Assembly: GCA_012295275.1 (NCBI GenBank)
Contig: CM022670.1
Location: 32,178,001-32,242,000 of the forward strand
Reading direction: 5' to 3'
DNA: 64,000 nucleotides
From: Chrysomallon squamiferum
Lineage: Eukaryota > Animalia > Mollusca
Below the pieces are notes generated by a model that worked only from the letters and a program-made list of their open reading frames with translations, did no database searches and had not been told where the DNA came from. Shown here piece after piece: positions 1 through 14,463 of the stretch. Made by a program: the position numbers and the translations under genes. Position 1 is the first letter of the stretch. Each line of letters opens with the position of its first letter.

Positions 1-33
1 TTTTTCACATTGAAGTAAAATCTGAAACCTTAC

Positions 34-3000
34 TTAGGTTGAATGGAATCCACCATGTCCACAAGTCTCTGGCCACCAAATTTGACAGCATACAGACTGA
101 AAAATACTAACAGACCTGCAAAAGAAAACAATTTAATTGTATTTTGGATTTTACTTGTTTTGATAAGATCTTACTGCTCAAATAAAGTGTCACTTTCAGA
201 GGTTGCTATTTTGGATATACCAGCATAATTCAAACTAAAGCAACAAAAACCTTGTAATAAGAGATTCATACTATTTAACAAATTTAAAAAACTAAGATAA
301 AACAAAAACTGGATAAACAGAATACCAAAATTATAAATATTACTCACAATTAAAACCATTGTAAAAGTTTACCTTTATATAAATAATGCTTACTTTTAAT
401 AAATTTTGTTGTTTTAGAACTGGAAAGTCTTTGAAACAGCAATATAAAGATCTGTTTTATGTACTGGTTAACAAGATCACTGAAAACAAAAGTATACATT
501 TTTGAGTAATTAAATAATGTAAAAAAAAAAAATTACAGATAAAAAAAAAAATACTTTATTAATGAGAAAAAAGAAAAACATGTTTTTAAACCATACAAAC
601 ATGAAAGTTCATAATAAGCAAAAGATCAATAATTATTCATTATATATCTGACAACTATAAAATTTATATCTTTATTGAAAAACTTACACTGGCATAAATT
701 CAATAATGGCATTTAGCAAATAGAATCCCTCATGGTCATTTGTTTTTGATGCAATCAATTTTTGAAATATGCCAAGCAAACCATTCTGAAAACAAATGCA
801 TAAGAAATTTCTTTAAATAGTGTAATGGATTTAAAAAAGATAACTATCAAAAAAAAATATTGGGGAAAAATAAATTTTGCTCTGCAATTTAAACAATTAA
901 TATTCAGCCATATGGCTCACAACAAAAACTACTGATTTTAAAATCTGTAACAATTCATTGTCTGAATTACATAAAAATGCTAACCACATAAAAATAAACA
1001 ATATAAATTGAATAAGTGAGAATTAATAATAAACTCACTAATCTGTCTGGTTCTATCTGTCGAGAGCCTTTCTCTATGAAAGCCTGCAGCAGTCTGACGA
1101 GAGGTGGAATGTTACCTGGTCTCTCCCACAAAACAGGTGCAAGCAGGTGAGGAAACAAAGCTATGTAAGTTTCAGGAATACAACCAGTATGCAGCTCAAT
1201 CAATAGAGACAGCATTTGAAATACATATGGCATGAACTCTGAAAATGATAGAACAAATCAATATTTAAATCAGAATATTTCATATTAATAGCAATGCATT
1301 TATTTATTTATTTATTTAAAACACTTATTTAACTGTAATAACACTGATTTACTTTTGAAAAATGCCATATTTTTTTTTTTTTTTAAATCTGGTAAAAATG
1401 GACAATAAATGTTATGATTAGTATGCCTTATTATAACAAAGCATAATTGAAAGTAACAAATGAAACAGTTTTTGTTTATAAATAATACAGACCATTTGTA
1501 AAAAATCCCAAATAAACAAAAAACATTGAGAAATTGTTAGTTACTGTCTGTTTTAATTTCTTAAAAAGAAGTTGCTATAATAATTAAAAAATAAAATAAA
1601 AGGCATCAACTATTATTTACATCATAAGAAATAAGCTGACATATTTTTGTAATTCTAAAAAAGAAATTACCTTGAACATCTTGCTGTAGAATATCGGTGA
1701 AGGGAGGAAACAGAGAATCTTCAAACATCTTCACAGCAGATGGGTCATGTTTGCAAGATGTACGAATGGCAATGCAGAAGCACTCAAACAAATAGTGATT
1801 AAAATGAGGTTTGCTGGGATTCTGAAATTAAACAAAAATTAACTGATTATGTAAACATTCTAAACAAATATACAAGTGAATCAATACTGTAAAGAGAGAA
1901 AACTGAAACTGTTAGTGTATCATTCATAAAACATTAATCATGATAAGGTGAATAAGGAATAGGATAAAACAATGATTTAACTGCAGTACAACAAAATAAA
2001 CCTCAAATATCAACATTGAATTTACATTTGATATTATTATTAATGAGGGAAAAAGATAAATAATTATTATCGTTACAATACAGTCAATAAAAAGGTCTCA
2101 CCTTGCTAACCAGAACAAGTTTTGCAGTGAGACTTTTCAGGAGATCAGGAACCATAGGGATAATATTTTCATTCAATAAAGACATTGTCCGCATGATAGC
2201 TGGATAAAAAATAAAAAAGACAAATGAAAATTCTCTTACGAACCAAATTATTTAGTAAATAATAATTTTTTTGTTGTTGTTGGAATCTAAATCAGTTGAT
2301 GTAACAATGAAAAAAAAAAGATAAATTTATTTTCTGAAATTTGATGAAGAAATAAGATGTATAAAAATCATTACAGATACTGCACCTTTCATTAAATATT
2401 CATTTTCAGTTGATCCAGGCAATTCCATGGCAGAAAACAAACTGGACATAAGGTCTGCAGCAAGATCTTTGACATCAGCTGTTGTTATTCTGAAATACCA
2501 AAATATTTTGGAATATTTTAGATTTGGATGACAGAACTCTTCAAATTTCTCTAATCATTTTTAAAACAGCTATCAAGTTGTTTTTCTTTCAATGATACTG
2601 TAAAAAAAAAAAAAGAAAGTAAAAAAATAAAATTCTTTATTGTGTCTTATAAAGTAATTTTTAGTGAGTCCATTTCTATAACTAAAATTAAAGTTATAAT
2701 TCATAAAAACTATTAAAAAACATTAATAATTCAATATATATTTGTATATATCATTAAAAAATGAAAAACAAAGAGATAATAAAATGTATTTACGCAGACT
2801 GCCCTCCTGGCTGCCTGACCATGAACAGTCTTTCAAGTGTATGGGCTGAATAGGTGTGCACAACTACACTATTACTTTTTAAATGTTTTATTAAATATGG
2901 CAGGCTTGAAATCAGGACTTCTCTAGGCAGCTGAATTTAAAACAAAATATTTTATTTAATAAGACATAATATAAACTGTATGAAGACACGTTTTTATTGT

Positions 3001-4744
3001 AAGAAGAATATTTGAATAAAATTATTTAAATTATTCAGATAGAGGAATACAATGTTAAATGTACAGTGCTAGGGCTTGATGAAGAAATAATGTATGGCAT
3101 GTGCAGCCATCCCTTGATTTAAAAAAATGTCATTCATAATAATAATAAAAACAAATATATATTATTTTCCCATTACAAACATTTTTTACGTGTGGTTCAC
3201 AAGTCTAACAAAAATTAACTGCAATGTGAGCACACTAATTATCTGCCATGTACAGAATAGTCTTAACCCCCATTTTCATATTGTTTTTATGCTGACCAAG
3301 ATAAAATTTAAACAGCATAATTAAAAAATAAAAATCATAAGTAATTTGGAAATGCACTAGTAAATAATCAGTTTGTAGATTAAAAACACTAACCTGGCTT
3401 CTGAAAACCATTAAATATTTGATAGCATCAGCTTTCAGAACTGGAAACTCATTTACTGAAAACAACATAAATTTTCCACAAAATTACATTGTAACTATGA
3501 TGATTAAATTAATTTCTGGCTACTGATCTATAATATTTTGATCATAAAAGTAATCTGTTTCATAATATAGGATCTGAATTTTATTTCAAATGAATTTATT
3601 GTTAAATTAAAAAAAAAAAGGATTGTTGATACTAATTAGTATTCTGTGACAGCCATCATTCTGAATGAAATATGAAATATACAAATCAACATTTTCTTCT
3701 AATATGAATGATCAAGAACCATTCAATCAGTTGATGTGGAAAATATATTTTTTATATAATAATAAAGAAGTTTTATTCTTATCGATATAACAATGACTGT
3801 GAAAAGGAAATGGTGAAAATATTTAAGTTTTTAATGGAAATGTAAAAACCCACTGTTAGGAGACTGAATATCTGGAAGAATCTGTGCCTGATAGAAGTCA
3901 GATATGTTGACCAAGCTGCTGGTCTGGGTTACTCCTTGCTGAAACCACAAATATTAATAATCATCTGTCAAAGATATAAAACAGACTGGATAGCTTATCT
4001 GGTTTTCAAACAGAGATTTTTCTGAAATCAAAAATATTTTCATTTGTGGATGTTTTTTTTGTTGTTGTTATTGTTCAATTAATTATATAAATTTTGATAA
4101 AAATAGCTTTCTTATCTTAAATCAATAAAATATTAATTGCTAAAAGCTTTAAGTAAACTATCAAATAATCATTTTTGTTTGCTGAATAAAAAATCATACC
4201 TTTTGTGTTTGTGCTTTAGCTGCTAGTGAAGTAACTAAGTAAATAGCAGCATCTTTACTTTTCCAACTGGCAGTGGGATTTTTAGAATATTCCTGGAAAC
4301 CAAAATAATCAAAATTTCATTACAAATAAAAAAACTATTTTAAATTTAAGAATATTTTGTTGAATTTTCTTCACTTCTTTTTGCTGATTCAGACTTATCT
4401 GCATGAATACTTTCATTTATTTATTTTCATTTTGAGTGTTATTCAAAACAGGGTCTTTCAGTTTAATTATTAATATTTATTCACAACTCACACAGATTTG
4501 GCAATTTTCAGAATACATTTAATATTAACACAACCCATTCAAAAATGTTTCCTCAATTATACAATATATTAACTCACTTCTAAAAGGCCTTGAACATATG
4601 TTGAAAAATTCTGTATCACTGGTCCTTCAAACATTTTGCACAGAGCCTGAACAAGATCACATGCTGCTCGTCTTCGAGTGTCAACATCTGTACAAAACAT
4701 CTTAACATTATAGAGATTAGAGATTGAGAGAGAGAGAGATTGAG

Positions 4745-4831
<87 letters not shown>

Positions 4832-7800
4832 GAGACAGACAGAGAGACTGACTGACTGACTCAGATCAAATATATAATGATGTTCCCTGACATCTAAACA
4901 GAAATAATGGTAAAATTAAATGTTTAAATCACCTGAGCCTTCAATATCACGTCTAATGTATTCTTCTGGGTTGTCCTCAAACAATTCTTCATCAGTGGCT
5001 GTCAAGAAATTACAAAAAAACATTAAATCACATCATATAAAACACTCAGTATAACATCCTAAATATAGTTAACTAGATGTAAATATTTGTACTTTTTTCA
5101 CATTTAAATCCCTTCATATGGTTTGTTAAAAATATTATTACATGTCTGCACAAAGCATCCTTATCTAAACAGATCAACACATAACAAATTAAAATAAAAT
5201 AAAAATTTAAACAAAAAATTATAAATAAAAATAAAAATAAAATAAACTGATTCAAACCTCTGAGTTGTATATTTGGCACAATAACTTTCTCACAAATACT
5301 AGCAAGAATTGTAGGATCTTCAAATAAGCTTTTATATGATGGTCTTTCAGCCACTGAGGCCAAAAACTGGATGGCATTGCTCACCAACTGTAAACAGATG
5401 AAAAATGTTTTATGCATAATATCAGCTGGCCTATAATAAAATAAAATGCAAATTTTTAACCTAAACAAGAAGCATATCAAATTATTATTTCTTCACACAA
5501 TTATGCTTATAATATCATTTTATTAAAAATTATGATAAAAAAAAAGATATGACTATATCCTTTATGCTTTCTTTTCCTGCATAATCAAGTTTGCAATTTT
5601 TAAAAGTTCATAACCTAATAACCTAATGTAACCTAAAAATATTAGTCAGAATTTTATATAGCACTTACTATATCATATTTCACTTGCTGTCCAGTGCTTG
5701 TTAATAAACCCCAAATTGCTGTTACAAACTGTGGCAGGTGGGGAGAAAACTCTTCGTCATATTTCTGGGCATACAAAGCAACATTATCACACACCTGGGA
5801 TCGCACCTGCTCTAGGAGTCCAGCCTCTTCTTCATCCTGTAAAATAATATTTATCATTTTGATTATCAAAAGTACAAAAATTATAGCCCAAGAGTCTTTT
5901 TATTCCAAAGCCAGAGAAATTACTTATATAGTACAATTAGTTATAATTTTGGGTTATTTGTTAGTTTCACTTACTTCCTTCTTTCTTTTCTTTTCCCTCA
6001 TAAAGGAATTTATAAAAAAAGGGTGTCATTTTATAATGCCATAAAAAAAAGAAAAAAAAAAAAGAAAGAAAGAAACCACACAAAAACAAATATTGTTTTC
6101 TTATTCATAAACATTAACAGCAACTGAAAACACATTCTTGTAAAAAATATCTTACATCTGTTTTCAGCAATTTGTGATCTACATTGAGTAGTGTTAGAAA
6201 ATGATTCATCCATATTGTCATGTTATCTTCAAAGTGTTCTGGCAGATCCTGTAAAACATTTGTACTTAATAGTAAATTCTTTGACAATTAAAGATAAAAA
6301 TTATTAATAACAACTATACAAAGGAATTCTTTTCTAAAACCAAATTTCAGCACCAAATAAAAAATAACAGGTACAAAAACAGAACTAAAAACTAAATATG
6401 AACATATACACTTTTCCATGTTTGCAAACATCTGAAAAACTTAATTAAAAGAAATAAAATTATTATCTTTATAAAATTATTCAAAGGAATTTCGAAAGAA
6501 ACAAAAACAAAATTAACATTTGTCATTTTCATATCATACAAATATAAATAAAAAAAATGGATAAATGTGTATACCTGAAAGTTAAGACTGTAAAATATCT
6601 TGCAGATGAGAAGCAGTGAACTAAAGATTACTCTCAGAGCCTCAGGATCTGAAGAATGCGTTTTTCCAAGTTCCATTGTTGCCTGTTAAAATACAAATGT
6701 TTTGAGTTTTTCATATATAATTATAAATTGTAAAATACAAATTAAATATCTGAATTTAGAAATTTAGATCATGTCACATTTTCTTCATGTTTATATATAT
6801 ATAAAATAAAATAAAAAAACATATATCAAACATATATCAAACTATAACTTACATAGAAAACAAAACAGTATCTTTTATTTATCAGTTCATATAGTTTTGC
6901 TAAATAATAAATAAATATAATAAAACAAAAACAATAGTAATATGTGAAAAAAGGAAAAAAATTAAAATTGATGAAAAATACAAAATAACAGAAAATGATG
7001 TAATTTTCACACATCAGACATTCAAAATGTGATGTCTGTTTTTAACTTACATTGAACAATTCTGTCAGAGGTGCTGCAAAGTTCTCTAAAACAAATTTAA
7101 TTTCTGTCCAGAGCTGCTGGGATTTAAATTCATGTCGATACCTAAAAAAAACCAACAACACTGAAATAAATTTAGATTCCATTATAATGAAATTATTAAT
7201 CTGACCTAGTAACATCTCTAAACTTTATTTTCTCCATTACAAAAAAGAAAAAGAAAAAAACAATTATATAAATTAATGATTTGTCAGCTGATCATTTTAT
7301 TCTGATATTTATAAAAAAAAATATAAAACCAGAAACAGAAATATAATATAATAAATTGATGAATTCTCCAAGGATTATGAAATATATACATTTATCTTGT
7401 TCTTGTTTTCATCTCTCTTTTTTCAATATGTGGTATTACAAAAGAATTATTTTATTTAAATTAGAAATCAAGTTTTACCTCTTGAAAATAGAATGTGCAG
7501 TTCTGAGGACACCATTTATTACATGAAAATCACCAGTTTGAAATTTAGCAACCATTTCTGTTATCAGGTTAGGCCATTTGTCAGGGAAATCTTCTCTTCC
7601 TATTATACTGATGGCATCACTAAGCTAGAAAATACATTTTTAAAAGTTGAAATAACTGAAGCCTAAATTATTTCAAATACTGTATAAAGTTTTCATTAAA
7701 CATTAGTTTTAAAATTTAAATAATCACACTGCAAGTTTTCATCCATTCATTAATAAAAAAAAATATTAACTATATGAACTTGCAACAAATTCTTGCTAGC

Positions 7801-8988
7801 TAGTAATGATGAATTATTCATAAAAATAAGTTTTAGAAAAACATATTCTGAAAGACTTTTTTTTTTTTACAAAAGAAGTGTTATTGATAAAAACTACTAA
7901 ATGTTAATAGACCATACAAACTTTTAAACATAATTAATACATATTAAAAAATATTCATTTTCATCTGTTATACTGGAATATTTGTTTTCATAAACAAGAT
8001 TAGACCAAATATTGAATAACCTGTTTCTGAATCTGTTCTGGACTTTTAAGCATTAGTCCAACAATGTGCTGTTTGATAGCTGTACGATCATCAGGGTGAA
8101 TTTTGTCATCTACATCTTCCTTAAAACACAGTAAAATGAGAAAAAAAATAAAGCACTTCTTAATAAGTTAAATAGAACAGTATAGTTTTTAAAAACTTTG
8201 CATATATAGATTTTTTAAATTATGTACACATAAAAGGCTATGTATTACATTAAACATGTTCATAAATTTAAAAAAAACAAAAAAACAAAGATTTATGCTT
8301 TCCACATTTTACTTATTTAACAAATTTAACAACTGCAATTCATTTAACTTTAGAATATGAGACAACTAACATCTTATGATATGTCCAAATCATTTTTAAT
8401 GTTAAATTCAAAATTAAAAGCACAAAAACAAAAAATAATAAAATAATTGTAAATACCATTCTCCAGTTGCGTTTGATGTAATTTTTAAAGGTAATGGCAG
8501 CACTGACTCGAACATGTTGATCTACCTCCGCTTTGTCCATTAAGTGTAACAATAAAATTGGATAGTTTTTGTTTCTTTCCACAGATTCAAGAAATTTTTC
8601 AGCTTAAAGAAGAAAAAGTTTTAATTTATTTTTGGTAATGAAGTACTGTTTCACTTATTTTTTTTTTAATTTTTTAATGAAGGCAAAAATTCCTGAAACA
8701 AATAGTTTAGTTTATAATTTATGTAATAAAATGAATTTCTTTTTTCAGTTACTGCAGAGTAAAATGAGTATGATAGAAAAATATATTATCTTCTCAAATT
8801 TTATTTTTTAAATAACCAAAGTAAAAAAAAAAATTCATATATTTTTAATATTAACATGTGGGTGTGTGAATTAATATAAAAAATCTGAATTTAAAACATA
8901 TACCTTGTTTTCGAACTTCTTTTTCTGCAGAAAGCGTTTGCTGCAAATATCCTGCCAGAGCTTGGAGATTGCCTTCGGTTACTTCCAT
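34..8988 (-). CDS. CSE1L: Exportin-2 / CSE1L (importin-alpha re-exporter); 22 coding exons in window, 3' end beyond the left edge
   Basis: Hand-spliced GT-AG exons with consistent phases, 5'->3': 8904-8988, 8457-8602, 8021-8119, 7479-7624, 7051-7141, 6575-6682, 6156-6248, 5669-5836, 5258-5387, 4933-4998, 4578-4687, 4200-4292, 3854-3938, 3394-3455, 2794-2930, 2386-2489, 2102-2199, 1671-1821, 1039-1238, 688-785, 394-479, 34-115 (2438 nt, ~812 aa). The translation contains recognisable CSE1L segments: [117 protein letters not shown]. Confidence 0.97.
4719..4861. repeat. (GA)n microsatellite grading into GACA/GACT units
   Basis: Read directly; lies in a CSE1L intron. Confidence 0.95.
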
Positions 8989-10119
8989 TTTTGTTTTTAT
9001 CTTTTATATTTTCTATAAAATAATTCAGAAAAATTAGAACATTCTTAAGCCTGATTTGTTTTCTTTCTGCTTTTTTTTTTTTTTAAATTATTTTTTTAAT
9101 TTTTTACAAAATTATAAAGTAAATAAAATGTACAGTTAAAAACATTTTTAAAATAATAAGATAAAAAAATGAATATTTTTGCAATTTTACAATTATTACA
9201 TTTTTTTCTTCTATTAAAATAAAAAGAAACCTATGTATAAATTTACTAAATTATACATAAGATAATACATTTTGTTCATTCATTCATTACTTATTCACTG
9301 TTTATTTTGGTTTTCAAATTAAAATCTTAACACATACAATAAATAAAAAATTCTAGAGTTTTCAACATTGCTTACAAATCCATACATATTTTATTTAGTA
9401 ACTTGGTTATTTTTAATTAGCTATCAATTACAGATATATTAGTGATGGTTTAAATCATTTTATCCTATTTCTTATTAAGTTGTAACTTGCACTGATTTGT
9501 TAATATATGTATTTTTTATTATTATTTATTTATTTATTTATTTTAAATTTTGCTACATTCAAGTACTGTTAAAACTAACTGACTTATTTTTTGAAATTAT
9601 CCCAGACTCATATGCAGCAACTTGCATTTGTTAATATGATGTTGGACTGTTAAAACTTAAATATCAAGCTACTTTGGCTTGTCAAGGCAAACCATTTTTC
9701 CAATGTTGTCAAAGGCAGATACATGATGATGATATATAACCTCTAACTATCGAAGAACGGATAGATCTAAACTGCACGATTACTAAATATATGTCTATCA
9801 GCATTCACAATTCACGACAGTGTGAATCAATGAATGACGGCTGATCAGAATATCCGACAATTTCAATTTGTTTTGTCACTGAATCATTCAATTAAATTAC
9901 TAAATGACAATGGGTTGAATGGTCGATTCAAAAATGGATCTTTGATTTTTTCGTCAGATATTCAGTTTCTATAATTGCTCAATTACTAACGTAATGTGTG
10001 ACTTTAACATCACTTTTTACTGATAACAAATACCTGCTATAATAATATTAATAACTATAAATATATTTTTTAGAATCAACGACTGAATAAATTATTTTTA
10101 CGAGGAAAAACTCACTCAC

Positions 10120-10290
10120 CACCGATCCTTCGTTATTTATGGAAAAGTTACTTAACACGATGGACGGTATATTAAAATACCATAAAAATATGGAATGTAC
10201 TAATACATGGTCTTTAAAAAGTACAACACGAATGATTGCAAAATTAGCACATATAACAAAATTCACATGTGAATGAAAATGGCGGTATAT
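10120..10290 (-). promoter_or_regulatory. Putative CSE1L promoter / non-coding first exon with YY1-type motif
   Basis: CCGCCATTTT on the minus strand (AAAATGGCGG at 10276-10285) and a perfect 14-bp palindrome ATTCACATGTGAAT (10261-10274). Consensus donor G|GTGAGT at 10120/10119 and a matching acceptor (ttttatAG, 9013-9014) just upstream of the ATG. CpGs are visibly enriched over ~9750-10320. The TSS itself cannot be determined from sequence. Confidence 0.55.
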
Positions 10291-10901
10291 TTAAAGTCAC
10301 AAAAGAGTCAAACGGAAAGGAGATAACTCCTTTTTACTCTTTCATTGCATTATTTTTCATCTTTAATTTATAAAGGAAGAAAAGTACCTACACTTTCTTT
10401 TTAGTCACTAATGTAAAAATGAATTATAGAAAAAATATATAGTGCAATTCTTTTTATACTGTTTTTAAATTAAAAGTAAAGGATACCCATTACACTTTCT
10501 ATTCTTTTCAGCAGTTTGTGTTCAATGCTTATATACACTTGGTTGAATAACATTTCTCTCCAACATAAAATTTATAGTAACAGTAAATAGATATAATTAC
10601 AGGTTTTTTTTTTTTTTTTAAATCAAAATTCCATCTACATTTTATTTATATATTTATTTTTATTATATTTCATTTAATTGGAAATTATTCAATTATTACA
10701 TACAAATTAAAAGAATAAAATCAAAACCTTGTTAATTTACATAACACTGAAATAATAATTTTATTATCCTATCACAGAATGAAGTTACAAATTATATAGG
10801 CCTATTTCCACCAATAGAACCCCCAAAATATTGGGTTTTTTCTTTTTTTTCAGTCAATGATTTCTCTCTTATACATCATATACATGCACATACACACATG
10901 A

Positions 10902-10904
<3 letters not shown>

Positions 10905-10974
<70 letters not shown>
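10905..10974. repeat. (CA)n microsatellite
   Basis: Read directly; intergenic. Confidence 0.95.
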
Positions 10975-10976
<2 letters not shown>

Positions 10977-11799
10977 ACTTTTTACCTCTCTTATTAGTGT
11001 CAAAGAATATTATTTAACATTAATTTTATTAATTTATTTATTTTCGGAAATTGTTTTACTTGTGTGAAATGAAACATGTTCAAATGGTGGAGTTCTGCTG
11101 GATATGCATATCCATTTCACAGGTTCTGTTTTGGTGAAAATGTGTTGTGGTCATTTGTATTATATATCAATCATGTTTCAATCATGTTTGTTCTGGATTG
11201 TCTAAGATAAGTATTAATAAGTTAAAGAATCAATAATATATAAGTATGATGATGTTGCAGGTTCTAGATGTCATCCAGTACCTTGTATGTCCAAGATTCT
11301 AGTATATAGGAAAATCACTTGCAGATCCATCAACAGATAGCTAAAATCATTACATTTTTGACAGGTGATTAATTTGTATTGCCATCTTGTTTATAATGGA
11401 GACCAAAGTTTATATTTGGCATTGTCCAATACATTTTGTTTCTTTTGTTTTTAATCAACAACCATTGCTAATAATCAAGTTTTAAACTAATATAACAAAT
11501 TCACTTGATATACAGTTTTTATTGTGTTTCCTATCATTTCAAAGACAAAAATATAAATAAAAAATCTTTGACAAATCAAACACATGGGAACTTGGCAATT
11601 TCTTTATAGTTCTGTTTATTTTTTTCAATATATTATTTGTTAGGTTCATCTTGAAATGATATAATCATTATATATTTTTTCATTTATTTGTTTTGAGTGC
11701 CCCAACATACATGGATAAAAGTGTGTGCAGTTTGGTTAAATTATCAATTTGCATGATGTAAATACACGGACTCTATATATAATTTATAATATCCATAAA

Positions 11800-11858
11800 A
11801 AAGCAAAACAACAAAAAAGTCTGATGTTTATAGACTTTAATTGACATTTGCTTTTATT
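11800..11858 (-). terminator. Candidate laminin polyadenylation signal (would imply a ~2.6 kb 3' UTR)
   Basis: AATAAA on the minus strand at 11853-11858, followed ~35 nt downstream by a GU/U-rich element (acttttttgttgttttgctt, 11801-11820). Other AATAAA hexamers exist in this AT-rich region. Confidence 0.35.
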
Positions 11859-12016
11859 TTATAAAACATTAAATACAACATAATTATAGCTAGAAAACAA
11901 ATTTCATCAATTATGCCCAAGTAAACTAATTAGTTATGTACAATTAGTAACGACAGAGACACTAACAGTAAGTAGAACAATGAACACATTATAAATGAAT
12001 AAAAACTACGACTTGT

Positions 12017-12262
12017 TAAAATAATGATACAGGTAGTAAATATAAAGTAAATGATGCCTTTAATAAAATGAAAAAATATGTGTGAAGGAGAATTTACTTG
12101 ATTTATTAAGCCTATTTAGTTAAAATAATAGTAAATATAATGTAAATGATATCTTTAATAAAATGAAAAAAATATATGAAGGAGAATTAATGTTATTTTA
12201 AGATTTTTTTTAAAACTAAGTACAAGCAGTAAATGGTGTTTTTAATCAAATGAAAAAATATT
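12017..12262. repeat. Degenerate ~90-100 bp tandem repeat, ~3 copies
   Basis: Recurrent gtaaatgat..tttaataaaatgaaaaaatat..tgaaggagaatt at ~12047, ~12142 and ~12228. Confidence 0.8.
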
Positions 12263-12588
12263 TAAAATGAGCAGAAATTCATAATTTTATATATTTAAAA
12301 ACAAATAAAATTCTCCTTTGAAACAGATAAAAACATAAACATTTTTATGACAATTTAAAATATATTAAAAATCAGTTGTGAATAATTTGTGCTGTAAGTA
12401 ACAAAATCATTTAAAATTGAACACAAAACAGAAAATAAGTTTGCTGTAGTTAACAGGATTGACAGTATACACAAAAATTCATAATTTACACAAAAAGCAC
12501 TTGATCTGACAATAAAAATATACCATTAACAATACTGTCTATGGCACACAATCAACAAGATTTAATAAACAACATGTTTTTGGTACTG

Positions 12589-12855
12589 TTTAAAACTGCA
12601 TTGTTTTATCCAATCAAAATAGTCTACATATTATTCATGGATTTATTAATTTTATATTTCACATTTCAAGATGGAGAAAAAAATCAACAATAATGCTGTT
12701 TTTTGTATTAGTTAAAATTTGTTTTTTTATCCATTCAAATGTTGTCTGCATATTATTCATAGGATAAATTAATTTTATATTTAGTGTTTGAAGATGGAAA
12801 AACATATAAAATATAGATAATTAAAATGTTATTTATGTTAAAATCTGTATTTTTA
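12589..12855. repeat. Degenerate ~123 bp tandem duplication
   Basis: ttttatcca.tcaaa..gtct.catattattcat..attaattttatattt..aagatgga occurs at ~12604 and ~12725, with the start of a third copy at ~12837. Confidence 0.8.
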
Positions 12856-14463
12856 AAAAGCATTTGAATAAACTGTTCTAAAATTATAATTATTTAAAAT
12901 TTATAAAAAATAATTTGATTTTTCTGTACATAATTTTCTATTTTTCAAGAATAACATAAGATAAATTTTAAAACGAACTGATATGTGTACAAATTATTCA
13001 AAAACTGAAACTTCAGCATGAAATACTTGACTTGATTTTTGATTCACATAAAAGCCAAGTTTGAATATATTACAAGCACTTTATAAAATTATAACTTTAA
13101 AAATATATTTGTTTTCTTCAATGTAAACAAAATTATAATGTTAACTATATCAGTTTTATTCTTGGTTATTTGTGTTTGAAATTGATTAATTAAAAGCCAA
13201 AAAAAAAAAAATAGTTGTAGCTTAAAGAAATTAAAAAGAAGAAATAGAAAACAAAAAGTAAAAAATGTATTGCAAACAAAACTTATTATGCTTGAAAGTA
13301 ACATATATATTTGTTGATGTATTGATATTTGTATGTGTGATGAATGTGTATGTTTCTGTGTGTTTTTGTTCTATCAAATTTAGAAAGACTAACCCTCCTC
13401 CAAAATCTATCCCCAAAAGAATATAGTTAGTATTAAAAGTAAGTACAGAGCAATGCAACTTAATTGAAACCAAAAACATCTACAACCTTATTTTCATATA
13501 TTTAATAACAGAAAAATGTATTAAAACCTATCAAATTAGCTGCCCTGATGAGTAAATAAAGGATTCTTTAAAAAACCTAGAAGATTAATAACCTCATCAT
13601 ATGACATGTGAGTTAATAATCAAACTATTTACTTTACTGTTGACAATATCCTGTATGTAATAGTGAAAAAATGATTTAAAATAAAATTCATTGCTAGACA
13701 CAGTACTTTTAGATATATTTTGCTCCTATGTATTCTAATGCTATCTAAAAACTGTTTCTCCTGCGGGTATATCTGGTGTAAGTTGATTGAATGCTTATTT
13801 TAATAAATACAGTAACAGAGATAGATATATTACAAATGAATAAATGATATATTGATAACATTTATCATAATAATTATATACACATATGCATGCACACAAT
13901 GGAATATTGTGAAAGCCACATTGTAGCATGAGAACCAGGAAAATGAAAATACGACTTAAAATGATTTTCCTTTTTTAATTATTTAATTTCTTATCTTGAT
14001 TATCTTATGTTAAGAAAAAAAAAAAAAAAAAAAAAAATTATTAACAACATTCCTCTGGCTTTCACAAGACAACATGTCTGGATAAATACAAACACTTCTG
14101 GAGTAACTTCAATATACAGTTCACAATAGCTTCCACTTGATAACATTCCACGTAAATGTTTGGGTAGCATATTAATTTAAAATTTTGTTTTGAGTAAAAT
14201 AATAAATAGGTACTAGTATATTCACATACAAATGATTTTTCAAGACATTAAAATAACAGTCACTGATATGAAATTGCTGTAAACAGCATCCTCTGCTGCC
14301 ATTAAGAATAACTTACAATTATCTCAGTGCTAATATTATTACTTTAAAAATGTACAACGAAAAAAGAACACCACTTATACAATTCATAGGTGACATATTT
14401 TGGGGTGGGGCTTCTTGTTGGATTTATGGAGTTATAGTTCTTAATATGTTTGCACTGAACACA

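Noticed and set aside
11040-11430. Higher-complexity intergenic island containing a C-box-like ATGATGA
   Set aside because: No matching D box or terminal stem, stops in the frames I translated, and no terminal repeats. It may be an old transposon fragment but cannot be supported without a search.
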